DNA from: Candidatus Woesearchaeota archaeon
GTDB taxonomy: Archaea > Nanobdellota > Nanobdellia > Pacearchaeales > UBA284
Length of the DNA: 64,000 nucleotides
Direction of reading: 5' to 3'
Assembly: GCA_964599615.1 (NCBI GenBank)
Contig: CAZRGF010000005.1
Span: 6,829 to 70,828, forward strand
Part shown: positions 52,347 through 62,359 of the stretch, piece after piece
Position numbering within the stretch: the first letter of the stretch is position 1
How the letters are laid out: the number at the start of each line of letters is the position of its first letter
Program-made: the position numbers and the translations under genes
The notes under the pieces: model-generated
Told to the model about the DNA's origin: nothing
The model's database searches: none
The model's input: the letters and a program-made list of their open reading frames with translations, nothing else

Positions 52347-53720
52347 ATGAGATACAATATCTTAATTGGTGGACAAGCAGGGCAGGGTCCAAATCATTTG
52401 ACTAAAATACTAGCAGAAGCTTTGATTGCTAAGGGATATTTTGTTTTTTATTCAAGAGATTATCAATCACTTATTAGGGGAGGGCATAATTTTAATGTCT
52501 TGACTTTTTCAGATGAAATAATTTATAGCAATGACTCAAAAATTGATGTTATTGTTGCTTTAGATGATAAAACAATTGAGTTTCATAAAAAAGATTTAAA
52601 ATCAAATGGAAAGACGATAAAAACAGACTCTAGTGACCAAGAAATTGGAAACAAGATTTTAAATTTGTTCAATTTAGTTCAAAAGAAGAATGGTTTTTCT
52701 TTAATGAATGGTTCGCAGGGCATATCTGAAGGTGCTGTGAAAGCAGGATTAGACATTTATTATGCTTATCCTATGACTCCTGCTACTCCGTTGCTTGTTG
52801 AATTAGCTCAACAAGGGGAAAAAAATAATATTTTGGTTTTTCAACCAGAAAATGAGATAGCTGTTGCAATTGCTGGAATCGGCAGTGCATTGACTGGTGC
52901 GAAGGTAATGGTTGGGACATCGGGCGGTGGTTTTGATTTGATGACAGAAGCATTGAGCATGACAGGAGAAGCTGAAATTCCCCTAGTGTTTTATTTAGCA
53001 CAAAGAGCAGGGGCAGGAACTGGAATACCCACTTATACTGGACAAAGTGATTTGATGATGGCATTGCATTCAGGGCATGGGGAATTCCAAAGGCTAGTGA
53101 TTGCACCAGGAGATCCGATTGAATGTCAAGAAATCGCTAGCCAATCTTTTTATTTTTCGCAAAAATATAAAGTTCCTTGCATAATCTTGACTGATAAACA
53201 TTTATCTGAAGCTACTTATCCTATTTTAAACAATAATAGGGCAGTAATCACAAAATCATCAAAATCAACTTCTTTAAAAAAATACAGCAGTTACGAAGTT
53301 AATAATGAAGGAATAGCTACAGATGATACTGAAATAATCAAGAAAAATTATGAAAGAAGATTGAAAAAAGCAGAAGAAATAAAAAAAGAAGCCAGCAAAT
53401 TTTCAATGTTCAAGATTTTTGGAAATAAAAATTCTAAAAATGTTGTTTTGAGTTATGGGAGTACAAAAGGAGCTGTTCTAGATGCAATCAAGGACATTGA
53501 TTGCAAGTTCATCCAAATTTTATATCTCGAACCTTTCCCAGATATAAGCAAAGAATTACAAGGAAAGAATGTAATCTTAGTTGAAAATTCAGCTACTGGC
53601 ATGTTAGCAGATGTTTTAATGCAGAATTTAGGAATCAAAGTTGATAAAAAAATATTAAGATGTGATGGAAGACCTTTCTTGGCTGATGAACTAAATAAGG
53701 GGATAAAGGGGTTAATATGA
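52347..53720 (+). CDS. 2-oxoacid:ferredoxin oxidoreductase, fused gamma-alpha subunit
   Basis: Gamma-type N-terminus IGGQAGQGPNHLTKILA...RGGHNF, then alpha blocks YPMTPATP and GTSGGGF. Confidence 0.85.
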   Translation: MRYNILIGGQAGQGPNHLTKILAEALIAKGYFVFYSRDYQSLIRGGHNFNVLTFSDEIIYSNDSKIDVIVALDDKTIEFHKKDLKSNGKTIKTDSSDQEIGNKILNLFNLVQKKNGFSLMNGSQGISEGAVKAGLDIYYAYPMTPATPLLVELAQQGEKNNILVFQPENEIAVAIAGIGSALTGAKVMVGTSGGGFDLMTEALSMTGEAEIPLVFYLAQRAGAGTGIPTYTGQSDLMMALHSGHGEFQRLVIAPGDPIECQEIASQSFYFSQKYKVPCIILTDKHLSEATYPILNNNRAVITKSSKSTSLKKYSSYEVNNEGIATDDTEIIKKNYERRLKKAEEIKKEASKFSMFKIFGNKNSKNVVLSYGSTKGAVLDAIKDIDCKFIQILYLEPFPDISKELQGKNVILVENSATGMLADVLMQNLGIKVDKKILRCDGRPFLADELNKGIKGLI

Positions 53721-54148
53721 AAATAAGAAAAGCAACAAAAAAAGATTTGAAAGAGATTGCTGAAATTTTTAGAATAGAAACAGCTAAAAAACCTTACTTT
53801 CAAGACTGGACTAAAAAAACAGCTTTTGATAAAATAAGTAATTCACTAAAAGAAGAAGAGATGTATGTTATTATGGTTGACAATAAGCTTGTTGGGTTTG
53901 TAACTTTAAAACCAGATAATAAAAATAAAGAAGTTTATGTTGATGAATTGTGGTTAAAACTAGATTATCAGGGAAAAGGATTAGGAAAAGCGCTTATAAA
54001 TTTTATTGAAAAAGAAGCCAGAAAAGAAGGGATGAAAAAGATTATATTAATGGCAAATCAAAAAGCAGGAGCAGTTAAGTTTTATGAAAAATTAAATTAT
54101 AAAGAGAAACATAGATTTGTTTATTTTGTTAAGGAGTTAAAAAAATGA
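53717..54148 (+). CDS. GNAT-family acetyltransferase
   Basis: DELWLKLDYQGKGLGKALINFIEKEA (motif A). 4-nt overlaps with both OFOR genes. Confidence 0.8.
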   Translation: MKIRKATKKDLKEIAEIFRIETAKKPYFQDWTKKTAFDKISNSLKEEEMYVIMVDNKLVGFVTLKPDNKNKEVYVDELWLKLDYQGKGLGKALINFIEKEARKEGMKKIILMANQKAGAVKFYEKLNYKEKHRFVYFVKELKK

Positions 54149-54972
54149 GCACAAAAATAGATACAGGAACAATTCCCACATGGTGTCCGGGATGCTTTAA
54201 TTTCCAAATCATGGCTGGAGTAAAGAACTTTTTGAACAAACAGAAAAACTTGAAAGACTGGGCGATGGTTACAGGAATTGGATGTCATGCTAAAATATAT
54301 GACGCAATAAAATTACCTGGCTTAAATTCTTTGCATGGAAGAGTTATTCCCACTTGTCTTGGTTTGAAGGTTGGGAATCCGAACTTGAATGTAATGGGGT
54401 TTTCAGGAGATGGTGATGCTTATTCCGAAGGCATTGAACATTTAATTCATAGTGCAAGATATAATGCTAATTTTAAGTACATAGTGCATAATAATCAAGT
54501 TTTTGCTTTGACTATTGGAGAACCTACTGCTGTAACCGAAAGTGGATTCAAAGACAAGACAACTCCTTTGGGTGTTCGAGTCAAGACACTGAATCCTATA
54601 AAACTGATGCTTGCTTCTGGAGCAACTTTTGTTGCAAGGGTTTTTGCTGATGTTTCTCAAGTTGAGCAAGTCTTGAATGAAGCCTTGAAACATAAAGGAT
54701 TTGCTTTTATTGAAATCTTGCAGCCTTGCTTGATTTTCCATCAAGATCAAGGATATAAAGAAAGAACTTACAATCTGCAGGAAAATAAACATGACAAGAC
54801 AGACTTGAAAAAAGCAATGGAAAAAGCAGATGAATTTGATTATAATTCTAAAACAAGCAAAATTCCATTAGGAATCTTTTATCAAAAACAAGAAGAAACT
54901 TTTGAAGAAAAGTTTCCCCAGCTTGTGAAGTTGATGAAAACAAAAAAGAGCTGGAAGGATATTAAGAGATAA
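54145..54972 (+). CDS. 2-oxoacid:ferredoxin oxidoreductase beta (TPP-binding) subunit
   Basis: WCPGCFNF and GDGDAYSEG motifs. Confidence 0.88.
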   Translation: MSTKIDTGTIPTWCPGCFNFQIMAGVKNFLNKQKNLKDWAMVTGIGCHAKIYDAIKLPGLNSLHGRVIPTCLGLKVGNPNLNVMGFSGDGDAYSEGIEHLIHSARYNANFKYIVHNNQVFALTIGEPTAVTESGFKDKTTPLGVRVKTLNPIKLMLASGATFVARVFADVSQVEQVLNEALKHKGFAFIEILQPCLIFHQDQGYKERTYNLQENKHDKTDLKKAMEKADEFDYNSKTSKIPLGIFYQKQEETFEEKFPQLVKLMKTKKSWKDIKR

Positions 54973-55938
54973 TTATTCTGGGAAAAAAGATTGTTTGAAC
55001 ACTTTTTCAAAAGTCATTATTTCGTAGTTTTTTATCAAGTTGGGGAATTCTTCTCTTGTTTTATCAAGGAATTTGAATAGATTAAGGTCTTTTTCAAATA
55101 AACATTCAAATTCAAAATCATAGCTTCCAAAAGATTTTGTCGTATAGATAACTTGCTTGTTTGCTTCAAGAAAATCTTCTAGTTCTTGTGTTATTTGGGA
55201 ATTATTCTGATTAAGTGTCAAAAAAACTTTGTAATATGTGAGTTTAAATTTTTCAAAATTTAAAATCGGTCTGTAGGCTCTGATAATCTGTTTTTTCTCA
55301 AGTTTTTTTATCCTGTAAATCAATAATCTCGGTGAAATCTTAACTTTTCTGGATAAATCAACTATGCTTGACCTTGCATTTAGCGACAGATTTGATAAAA
55401 TTTGTTCATCAATCCGGTCAATTTCTTCTTTTTTGTCTTTTATCTCTAGATTTATTTTTGAAATTTTCTGGTTTAGCATAAATTTAGCGCCAAAATCTGA
55501 AATTTTTAGTGCAATGGAAGAATATCTTGATTCTATAATGGGATTAAATCTGTTTAGGAACTTTCCCACAAATTCCTCGAATTCTAAAATTGATCTGCAC
55601 CACAAACCAATTGCAATATCCCATTTTCCTCGTGTTTTTATTACCCAAGCGACATTCTTTTTGCTTACCAGATAAGAAATTATTTCTTGTTCTTTCTTAA
55701 TTCCAATATCTTTCAGTTTTAACGTAAGTCTATAGAAGTTGTATCCAATCAAATTTGTGTCTATAACACAGTAAAATCCTTCAATTAATTTTTCTTTTAA
55801 AAAATTGTCTATCCTGTAACCTATCGCTTGTTTTGACAAGCTGACATTCTTTGCAATCTGAGAATTTGATTGTCTTGAATTCTTAATCAATTCTGCTAGA
55901 ATCCTCTTATCTTTTTGGTTTAATCTAAGCTCTTCCAT
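54973..55938 (-). CDS. tandem Lrp/AsnC-family regulator (paralog of 20203-21201)
   Basis: DKRILAELIKNSRQSNSQIAKNVSLSKQAIGYRI and DEQILSNLSLNARSSIVDLSRKVKISPRLLIYRIKKLEKKQII. Confidence 0.8.
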   Translation of the reverse strand: MEELRLNQKDKRILAELIKNSRQSNSQIAKNVSLSKQAIGYRIDNFLKEKLIEGFYCVIDTNLIGYNFYRLTLKLKDIGIKKEQEIISYLVSKKNVAWVIKTRGKWDIAIGLWCRSILEFEEFVGKFLNRFNPIIESRYSSIALKISDFGAKFMLNQKISKINLEIKDKKEEIDRIDEQILSNLSLNARSSIVDLSRKVKISPRLLIYRIKKLEKKQIIRAYRPILNFEKFKLTYYKVFLTLNQNNSQITQELEDFLEANKQVIYTTKSFGSYDFEFECLFEKDLNLFKFLDKTREEFPNLIKNYEIMTFEKVFKQSFFPE

Positions 55939-56048
55939 AAGAACATAATTACATTTTTGTTTATAAATATTTCCTTTTGTTCCACTTTTCTGAAGAAAGT
56001 TTTTAATAATTATTTTTCATTGAGATTGATAACTTAGGAGTAATTAAA

Positions 56049-56393
56049 ATGACTAAAGAAAAAATTTGTTCAACATCTTGGGCAACACTTGGCTTAGATA
56101 TTAATTTTGAAGCAAAAGATGCCGTTGAGGCAATTGATTTAGTCAAGAGAGTTAATTTTCTTATCGATAATAGTGATGTCTGGTATCAAGGAGAAAAACC
56201 CAGAGCACATATCCATCATGCTAGGGCATCCCAAGAAACAGCTACTGTCATCGATTTTTATGGTCTTGTTGAGATTGGTGAAGATGATAGACCTCTTGCA
56301 TCATCAATTCAACTTTCTTCTTCTGAGAGAAATCGTATTGTGTTCTCTATTGAAGATCAAAAATATTATCTTAATTATGGAGAAATAAGATGA
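56049..56393 (+). CDS. hypothetical protein
   Basis: AGGAG upstream. First of four coupled small ORFs. No motif recognised. Confidence 0.5.
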   Translation: MTKEKICSTSWATLGLDINFEAKDAVEAIDLVKRVNFLIDNSDVWYQGEKPRAHIHHARASQETATVIDFYGLVEIGEDDRPLASSIQLSSSERNRIVFSIEDQKYYLNYGEIR

Positions 56394-56779
56394 AAAGATT
56401 AAGAAAAAAACAAATAGCTCGTAAGATTTTTATAAAAAAACAAATTTTAGAAGAAGCACTTAATCGAGTTAGTGTGAATAGGTTCCAATTTCCTGAAATC
56501 TTGAAACAAATGTGGCGTTCTTTGAACTATGGTCTTCTTGTTCATGATGGGCTTCATAAAGAGGATAGAACAAATTATGAATTAGAATTTGAAAAATATC
56601 TACATGACTGTTGTTACATCAGATTGAAAGGGTTATATAGATTATCATTTGATTCTGGAAAAGACTTTTCTGAAGAAGAAGTGCCTTATGCTGCACAACA
56701 TCTGTTAAGAGAATGGTTTGAGCCTAGAATTAAATATACTTATTTCGCAATTTATCCCCCAATAGAGGTTTTCTTATGA
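56390..56779 (+). CDS. hypothetical protein
   Basis: ATGA overlap with the previous ORF. No motif recognised. Confidence 0.5.
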   Translation: MKRLRKKQIARKIFIKKQILEEALNRVSVNRFQFPEILKQMWRSLNYGLLVHDGLHKEDRTNYELEFEKYLHDCCYIRLKGLYRLSFDSGKDFSEEEVPYAAQHLLREWFEPRIKYTYFAIYPPIEVFL

Positions 56780-57108
56780 TAAAATTAGAATTATTTGAAT
56801 ATCAGGTGAGAAATTCAGAAGAAGCAAAAGTGTTGGAGGAGAGAATGCGAGTGTTTTTAGAAAATTGTTCAATTACAAACGAAAGCGGAATTCCAGTTTC
56901 CCATAGGGGTGTTAGAGTTAGATTTGAAGATTATAATTGGACTAGAAATGAGATGGGAATCGCTGAAGTTTGGGTTTATATTGGTAGTGGTTCTAGCATT
57001 CGTCTAAAAGAAGGTAAAAAAGCAACATTTATTTTTGCGGATCAACAAGCAACTCATTTATCTGTAGAGAATAAAGACTATGGGCTCTTTTATCGTTTAA
57101 ATCCTTAA
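56776..57108 (+). CDS. hypothetical protein
   Basis: ATGA overlap with the previous ORF. No motif recognised. Confidence 0.5.
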   Translation: MIKLELFEYQVRNSEEAKVLEERMRVFLENCSITNESGIPVSHRGVRVRFEDYNWTRNEMGIAEVWVYIGSGSSIRLKEGKKATFIFADQQATHLSVENKDYGLFYRLNP

Positions 57109-57109
57109 A

Positions 57110-57238
57110 ATGAAGAAAATAATACCCCGTACGGATGAATCAGATTGGGTCCATATAAGTGTGAAAGATATACAAGAGAAACTGGAGAAAGGAGAACTGT
57201 TATTCAAGATATCCAGAGACAAATTTCAGGAAACTTGA
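57110..57238 (+). CDS. hypothetical 42-aa protein
   Basis: Not in the track. Starts 1 nt after the previous stop. MKKIIPRTDESDWVHISVKDIQEKLEKGELLFKISRDKFQET. Confidence 0.3.
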   Translation: MKKIIPRTDESDWVHISVKDIQEKLEKGELLFKISRDKFQET

Positions 57239-57279
57239 AAGATAAAAATAAAATAAAAAAGTAAAGGCTTATAGAAAAA

Positions 57280-57453
57280 TTATTTCTTGTCGCAGCACTT
57301 GGAGCTCATTATGAGCATCTTTATACCAAAAATCAAGACTAATATTGCTATAACCCAGTTGAACCACATGCCTGTAAAGACAGTTGGAACAATCAAGGCT
57401 AATACCAATAATAGACCGATTATTGTAACAATCAATCCACCTAGTATTTTCAT
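57280..57453 (-). CDS. small (57 aa) two-TM membrane protein
   Basis: Not in the track. AAGGAGG lies 7 nt upstream. MKILGGLIVTIIGLLLVLALIVPTVFTGMWFNWVIAILVLIFGIKMLIMSSKCCDKK. Confidence 0.6.
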   Translation of the reverse strand: MKILGGLIVTIIGLLLVLALIVPTVFTGMWFNWVIAILVLIFGIKMLIMSSKCCDKK

Positions 57454-57513
57454 TTTTGCCTCCTTATTGTTTATTAGTCTGTAGGGATATTTAAGCTTAT
57501 TCTTTAAAATTAC

Positions 57514-57837
57514 TTATATGTGACTGAACCTAGCTTTTACTTGTAAGCCCTTTGTTGTTGTAATAGATAGTTCATAAGGTTTATCTCCTTTTCTTAAAAC
57601 AGCTAAAACCGTGCCATCAATAGAAGTAATTGCTCTCGCATTTCCAACTTCTAAGTCTATTCCCGCTTCTGACCGAGTTACAGTAGAATGTGAATCATCT
57701 GGGGAGCATTGAAAGTAATAAACCTCTCTTCTTTTTGGTTTATTATCTGATAAAGAACCGGGGCGATCTATTGGGCCCAATTTTGTTACTTCCTTCCAAT
57801 TTTTTCCGTCGTATATCTCAAAAAGTAAAGGTGCCAT
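57514..57837 (-). CDS. hypothetical protein
   Basis: 107-aa ORF downstream of 57847-58278. No motif recognised. Confidence 0.5.
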   Translation of the reverse strand: MAPLLFEIYDGKNWKEVTKLGPIDRPGSLSDNKPKRREVYYFQCSPDDSHSTVTRSEAGIDLEVGNARAITSIDGTVLAVLRKGDKPYELSITTTKGLQVKARFSHI

Positions 57838-57846
57838 TTTATCTTG

Positions 57847-58278
57847 CTAGTGAAATTGAGCCCATCTTTCCTTCAATTTATGATAATCAAGCCAATCTGC
57901 ATCACCTGAGTTTTTATATTCTTGTTTTACAGCTTCTAAGAACTCAGGGGGTAAAATGTGGGGGAGTATATTGTTATAGACAAATAGTCTATGGATGTCA
58001 TCAAGACATCTATCAAATTCTTGCTCGCTTTTACTTCTTTTCGACCTTGGGGCATTATATCTTCTTCCCGCTTTTTCTTCAGCAACTTTATACCTATTCC
58101 TGAACTCAGAAGGGCTGATTGTTGCATCAAGTTTCTCTATTTCTTCTGCAAGAAATCCTGCTAATCCCACAACTCTCTGTTCCATTGTTTCTTCTTCTTC
58201 ACCTTTGCAATAATGGGGCAAGCTTCTTAATTTTGCTGCAGCTAATTCTGTTTGTAATCTTGGTTTATCTGGATTCAT
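57847..58278 (-). CDS. hypothetical protein
   Basis: 143-aa ORF. No motif recognised. Confidence 0.5.
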   Translation of the reverse strand: MNPDKPRLQTELAAAKLRSLPHYCKGEEEETMEQRVVGLAGFLAEEIEKLDATISPSEFRNRYKVAEEKAGRRYNAPRSKRSKSEQEFDRCLDDIHRLFVYNNILPHILPPEFLEAVKQEYKNSGDADWLDYHKLKERWAQFH

Positions 58279-58346
58279 TTTATTCTTTCAGAATTAGGTC
58301 TGAGGCCTATCACCTCTAGGTTAGAATAAACTTGTCCTTTTTAATC

Positions 58347-58826
58347 CTATCGATGCAATTTGCTATTCTGTGATATCAAACACTCTTTAAATTCCCAGAA
58401 ATTTAATTTTCCTTTGCATTTAATTGGTTTTATTCTTTCAACATCTTTTAGAATAAAACCATAATTCCCAAATTCTTTTGTCGCTAAATGAAGGTCTTTG
58501 TCTTGCTTGAATTCTTTATCATCTTTATAGTGTTTTACATTAACTAACGTAGCTTTTCCAACAATAAAACCCAGGGGAAGTTCAGAAACCTCAAAATTGA
58601 ATTTTTTATTATAAGTTGATAGTTGAGGTTTTGTCCTTTTCCGGGTTTTGTCCTTTGCCGAGTTTTGATAGAAACCAAATCTTTTCATTGCAGCCATGTC
58701 GGGAATCTTTGAAGCATGAAGCAAGAATTCCCCCCTAAAATTCGTATTCCATTTCCTAATCTCAATCTTCTTTTTTCCTTGAAGAACAAGTTCTGCCCAC
58801 GGCTGCTTTAATGACAAGGCTTTCAT
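58347..58826 (-). CDS. ASCH-domain (PUA-like) protein
   Basis: MKALSLKQPWAELVLQGKKKIEIRKW start typical of ASCH. Confidence 0.75.
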   Translation of the reverse strand: MKALSLKQPWAELVLQGKKKIEIRKWNTNFRGEFLLHASKIPDMAAMKRFGFYQNSAKDKTRKRTKPQLSTYNKKFNFEVSELPLGFIVGKATLVNVKHYKDDKEFKQDKDLHLATKEFGNYGFILKDVERIKPIKCKGKLNFWEFKECLISQNSKLHR

Positions 58827-58829
58827 CTT

Positions 58830-59495
58830 TTATGTTTTCCAGAATTGCAAAATAAGTCTTTTCCTGTCACCGAATTTTGAAACCCCTACCTTATATCTAT
58901 TTATTTTGCATATTTTCATCAGATTCTTTAAAGATTTTGGTGTGTGCCTGTATTCAGTAGCTGATTCTATTCCATTAAACCAAGTTATTGAGATATTTCC
59001 CTTGAATACATATTTATCTCCTAATCCTTGTTTTTTTATATCTTTTTTGTTTAGATGACAGGGCAAGTCCATAAACGCAAAACCCCTTTTTTTTAAAACC
59101 CGATACATCTCTTTTATTGTTTTTATTTGATCTGATTTTTTTACTAATTCATTAAAAGCAGACCATAAACATAAAATAACATCAAAATTCTCGTTTTTAT
59201 AAGGGAGTTTTTGCATATTCCCAATTTTGAAATTTATGTTCAATCCTTGTTTTTTTGCTTCTTTTTTTGCTTCATTTAAAAGAGTTGGAACTAAATCTAA
59301 GCCTTCAACATCATAACCTTTTTTTGCCAAAGGGATAGTAACTCTGCCATAACCGCAAGCAAGATCCAGAATCTTCTGTTTCCTATTAAGTAAGTTTAAG
59401 AGATCTTTGAATTCCGTCTTGTCTCTCTTAGAACTTTTTAAATCTGCTAATCCTTTTGCTTTTAACTCATTATAGAATTGTGTTGGTGTTCTCAT
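58830..59495 (-). CDS. class I SAM-dependent methyltransferase
   Basis: ILDLACGYGRVTIPLAKKGYDVEGLDL. Confidence 0.85.
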   Translation of the reverse strand: MRTPTQFYNELKAKGLADLKSSKRDKTEFKDLLNLLNRKQKILDLACGYGRVTIPLAKKGYDVEGLDLVPTLLNEAKKEAKKQGLNINFKIGNMQKLPYKNENFDVILCLWSAFNELVKKSDQIKTIKEMYRVLKKRGFAFMDLPCHLNKKDIKKQGLGDKYVFKGNISITWFNGIESATEYRHTPKSLKNLMKICKINRYKVGVSKFGDRKRLILQFWKT

Positions 59496-59496
59496 C

Positions 59497-60408
59497 TTAC
59501 TTATTCAACTTCTGGTAGATGTCTTCGATGTCTTTTTGCCTGACAATAGGGACAAATGAATATCCTGGCTCGCGTTTTATCAGAACTACCCTATTCTTTT
59601 GTTTCTGCCAAAGTTCTAAGCCGCCATAATCTACTTTCTCATTTGAAGGAAATAATAGAAGACCATTTTCTTTTAATGTCTTATTCGCAAGATATTTGAC
59701 TAGTCCTATCTTATCAATGCTTAGACCCCCTGTGTAGTATATTCTGTCATATTTCTTCTGCCAGATTTCTTGATATGGCTTAAGAGCGTCTCCTGTAAAT
59801 ACCTGGACATGGACTTCTTTCTTGATTTTTTTTTGTTCAAGCCCAATAACTAGCTTTTTTAAATTTATTCTCGCATTATGCGCCAAGTCAGGGAAAATCT
59901 CAATTGTGGTCACATTTCCTGGAGAGACTAGCCAAGCTGTTAAAGAAGCATGGTAGCCTGTGTTAGTTCCAATTTCAAGGACATTCTGTCCGGGGTTTAG
60001 GTCTAGGAGCCTTAATATTCTAGCTATGGTTGTTGGTTGAGAAATTGTCTGCCCATGGGCGATATGAATCGGCATATCTTCATAAGGATTATGCTTTACA
60101 AAATTTTTCCTGTCAATCATCCTGAAAGCATCTACTATTCTAGGGGTTATTCCAGGATTATTAAACTTGATTGATTTTATCATAAATTCAAGTTCTTTGT
60201 TTTCAGATAGATTAGAAGGTTTTTTACTTTGTTTTAAATCATGAAGATATTTTCTTGAAGATTCTTGGTTGAATAAAGGGATTAGTTTAGGCTTTATGTG
60301 GCTGTGCTTTTTCGTTTGTTTGCGGGAATGATGGTTAGATTTATGTTTGGCCTTCAGGGGAGGTTTAACTTTAGATTTCTTTCTCTTACTACCTCTTTTT
60401 ATCTTCAT
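59497..60408 (-). CDS. pcm: protein-L-isoaspartate O-methyltransferase with basic N-terminal extension
   Basis: GQTISQPTTIARILRLLDLNPGQNVLEIGTNTGYHASL. Confidence 0.85.
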   Translation of the reverse strand: MKIKRGSKRKKSKVKPPLKAKHKSNHHSRKQTKKHSHIKPKLIPLFNQESSRKYLHDLKQSKKPSNLSENKELEFMIKSIKFNNPGITPRIVDAFRMIDRKNFVKHNPYEDMPIHIAHGQTISQPTTIARILRLLDLNPGQNVLEIGTNTGYHASLTAWLVSPGNVTTIEIFPDLAHNARINLKKLVIGLEQKKIKKEVHVQVFTGDALKPYQEIWQKKYDRIYYTGGLSIDKIGLVKYLANKTLKENGLLLFPSNEKVDYGGLELWQKQKNRVVLIKREPGYSFVPIVRQKDIEDIYQKLNK

Positions 60409-60507
60409 TTTCTAAATATACATACAGAATGGATTAATAAAGTTTATCTTTTATGATGTTACCTTTAATCACAACAATCTTTATAATGTAGAATTATCAG
60501 AAAGATT

Positions 60508-60885
60508 ATGAACAAATTAATTTCAATCTTGATAGGAACTTTTCTTGGTCTTGGATTAATCGGGTGTGTCAGTACTACAGCTTCTAGCGAGAGAGTAGGC
60601 GATTTTGATGAAGATGGAAAATCGGATAGGGCGTTTATAAGCGGAGTTAATTCTGGAACTACAATAAGCATCGAATATGGGTTTGGCACCAAAAAAGAAG
60701 TCGCAAATATCCCCTGGAGAGATGAGGTATATTCTGTAGAGGTTGGAGATTGGAATAAAGATGGTCATCTAGATATTGCTGCAATCTGCTATTCACGAGG
60801 AAGAGAAAGGGGAATGTTCAATGAAAGGAGAATTTTCTATAATCAAGGACCTAATGGGGAAAATACTATTTTCTTGAATAAATAA
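60508..60885 (+). CDS. FG-GAP/VCBS-repeat lipoprotein
   Basis: Signal peptide with lipobox-like LIGC. DFDEDGKSD and GDWNKDGHLD calcium-binding repeats. Confidence 0.7.
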   Translation: MNKLISILIGTFLGLGLIGCVSTTASSERVGDFDEDGKSDRAFISGVNSGTTISIEYGFGTKKEVANIPWRDEVYSVEVGDWNKDGHLDIAAICYSRGRERGMFNERRIFYNQGPNGENTIFLNK

Positions 60886-60933
60886 TTATCTTCTAGAAAT
60901 CTTTTTCTCTATTCTTGCAAGACGAGAAAAATT

Positions 60934-62214
60934 TTAAAATATTTTTCTAAAATTTTTTCCTATACATTTCACCTTAAGTTCTTCTTCAATTTCCATCAGC
61001 CGATTGTATTTTTCAACTCGTTCTCCTCTTGATGGTCCAACTTTGACAAAACTAGAATTTACTGCAACAGCCAAATCTATCATTGATGTGTCATTTGTTT
61101 CGCCCCCGCCCCTATGGCTTACAATTGTTATTAAATTATTTTTTCTTGCTAACATGCAACAATCTACTGTTTCAGTGAGTGTTCCAGCTTGATTTAATTT
61201 TATCAGTATTGCATTTATTGCTTTTAGGTCAATTGCCTTTTGTAATCTTGATATATTTGTTACAGTTAAGTCGTCTCCTATAATTGCTACTTTCTTCCCA
61301 AGTTTTTCTGTTAATTTTGGCCAATTTTCCCAGTCATCTTCATGCAAAACATCCTCAATACTTATTATGGGGTATTCATTTATCAGTCCCGAAAAATATT
61401 CAATCATCTCTTCTGAAGTTAGGATTTTATTATCTTTTTTTAAATTATACTTCCCATTTTCAACAATTTCAGAAGAAGCAGGATCAAGGCTTATGAAAAC
61501 ATCTTTTTTGTAATTTGCTCTTTTTATTGCTTCTTCGATAAGACCCAAAGGATCTTTATTTTTTAGATTATTTGGAGCAAAAGCGCCTTCATTTCCAACA
61601 TTTGTATCATACCCTTTTTCTTTTAACAATTTTTTTAGATTTAGATAAACTTCTATTCCTATTCTGATGTTTTCTCTCACACTTTTCTTTCCAATTGGGG
61701 AAATGGAGTATTCCTGAAAATCTGTTGAATTATCTGCATGTTTGCCTCCTTCAATAACTACCATCATGGGGTTGGGTAGAACATACTTCTTAATTGGCAG
61801 TTGGAATACTTCCCTAATGTGCTGATACAAGGGAATTTTTTTTTCATTTGCAGAAGCTCTTGCGACAGCCAAACTTACACCTAGAATTGCATTTGCTCCT
61901 AGTCTGCTTTTATTTTCTGTTCCATCTAAAGCAATCAGGGCCTCATCAATTTTTCTTTGATTAAATGCATCCATAGAGACTAATTTTTTAGAAATTATTT
62001 TATTGACATTATTAACTGCTTTTAGCATCCCATTTCCCAAAAATCTTTTTTTGTCATTATCCAGAAGAACAAAGGCTTCATGAACTCCAGCAGATGCTCC
62101 ATAGGGAACAGATGCTGTTCCAGTTGTTCCAGATTCAAGTTCACATTTAACTTCAATGGAGGGGGTTGATCCAGAACTTAATATCTCTCGTGCTTTTATG
62201 GATTTTATGTTCAC
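60934..62214 (-). CDS. eno: enolase
   Basis: SVPYGASAGVHEA, IGDDL, SHRGGGETNDT. GTG start with AGAGGT upstream. Confidence 0.93.
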   Translation of the reverse strand: MNIKSIKAREILSSGSTPSIEVKCELESGTTGTASVPYGASAGVHEAFVLLDNDKKRFLGNGMLKAVNNVNKIISKKLVSMDAFNQRKIDEALIALDGTENKSRLGANAILGVSLAVARASANEKKIPLYQHIREVFQLPIKKYVLPNPMMVVIEGGKHADNSTDFQEYSISPIGKKSVRENIRIGIEVYLNLKKLLKEKGYDTNVGNEGAFAPNNLKNKDPLGLIEEAIKRANYKKDVFISLDPASSEIVENGKYNLKKDNKILTSEEMIEYFSGLINEYPIISIEDVLHEDDWENWPKLTEKLGKKVAIIGDDLTVTNISRLQKAIDLKAINAILIKLNQAGTLTETVDCCMLARKNNLITIVSHRGGGETNDTSMIDLAVAVNSSFVKVGPSRGERVEKYNRLMEIEEELKVKCIGKNFRKIF

Positions 62215-62359
62215 TGTTTTTAACCTCTTTTTTTATGTCTATAATAGTTTATTAAGTTGTATTGATCATCTGTTTTCAAAACCCCATCGTCTAAATCTTA
62301 ATTAGTATTATATTATTTATATCTTTAAGAACAATGTGTTTTAAAAAGGTTGCTTTTAT

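Noticed and set aside
57287-57484. 65-aa plus-strand ORF
   Set aside because: The opposite strand encodes a well-formed 57-aa two-TM protein (57280-57453) with an AAGGAGG site. The plus ORF is its shadow.
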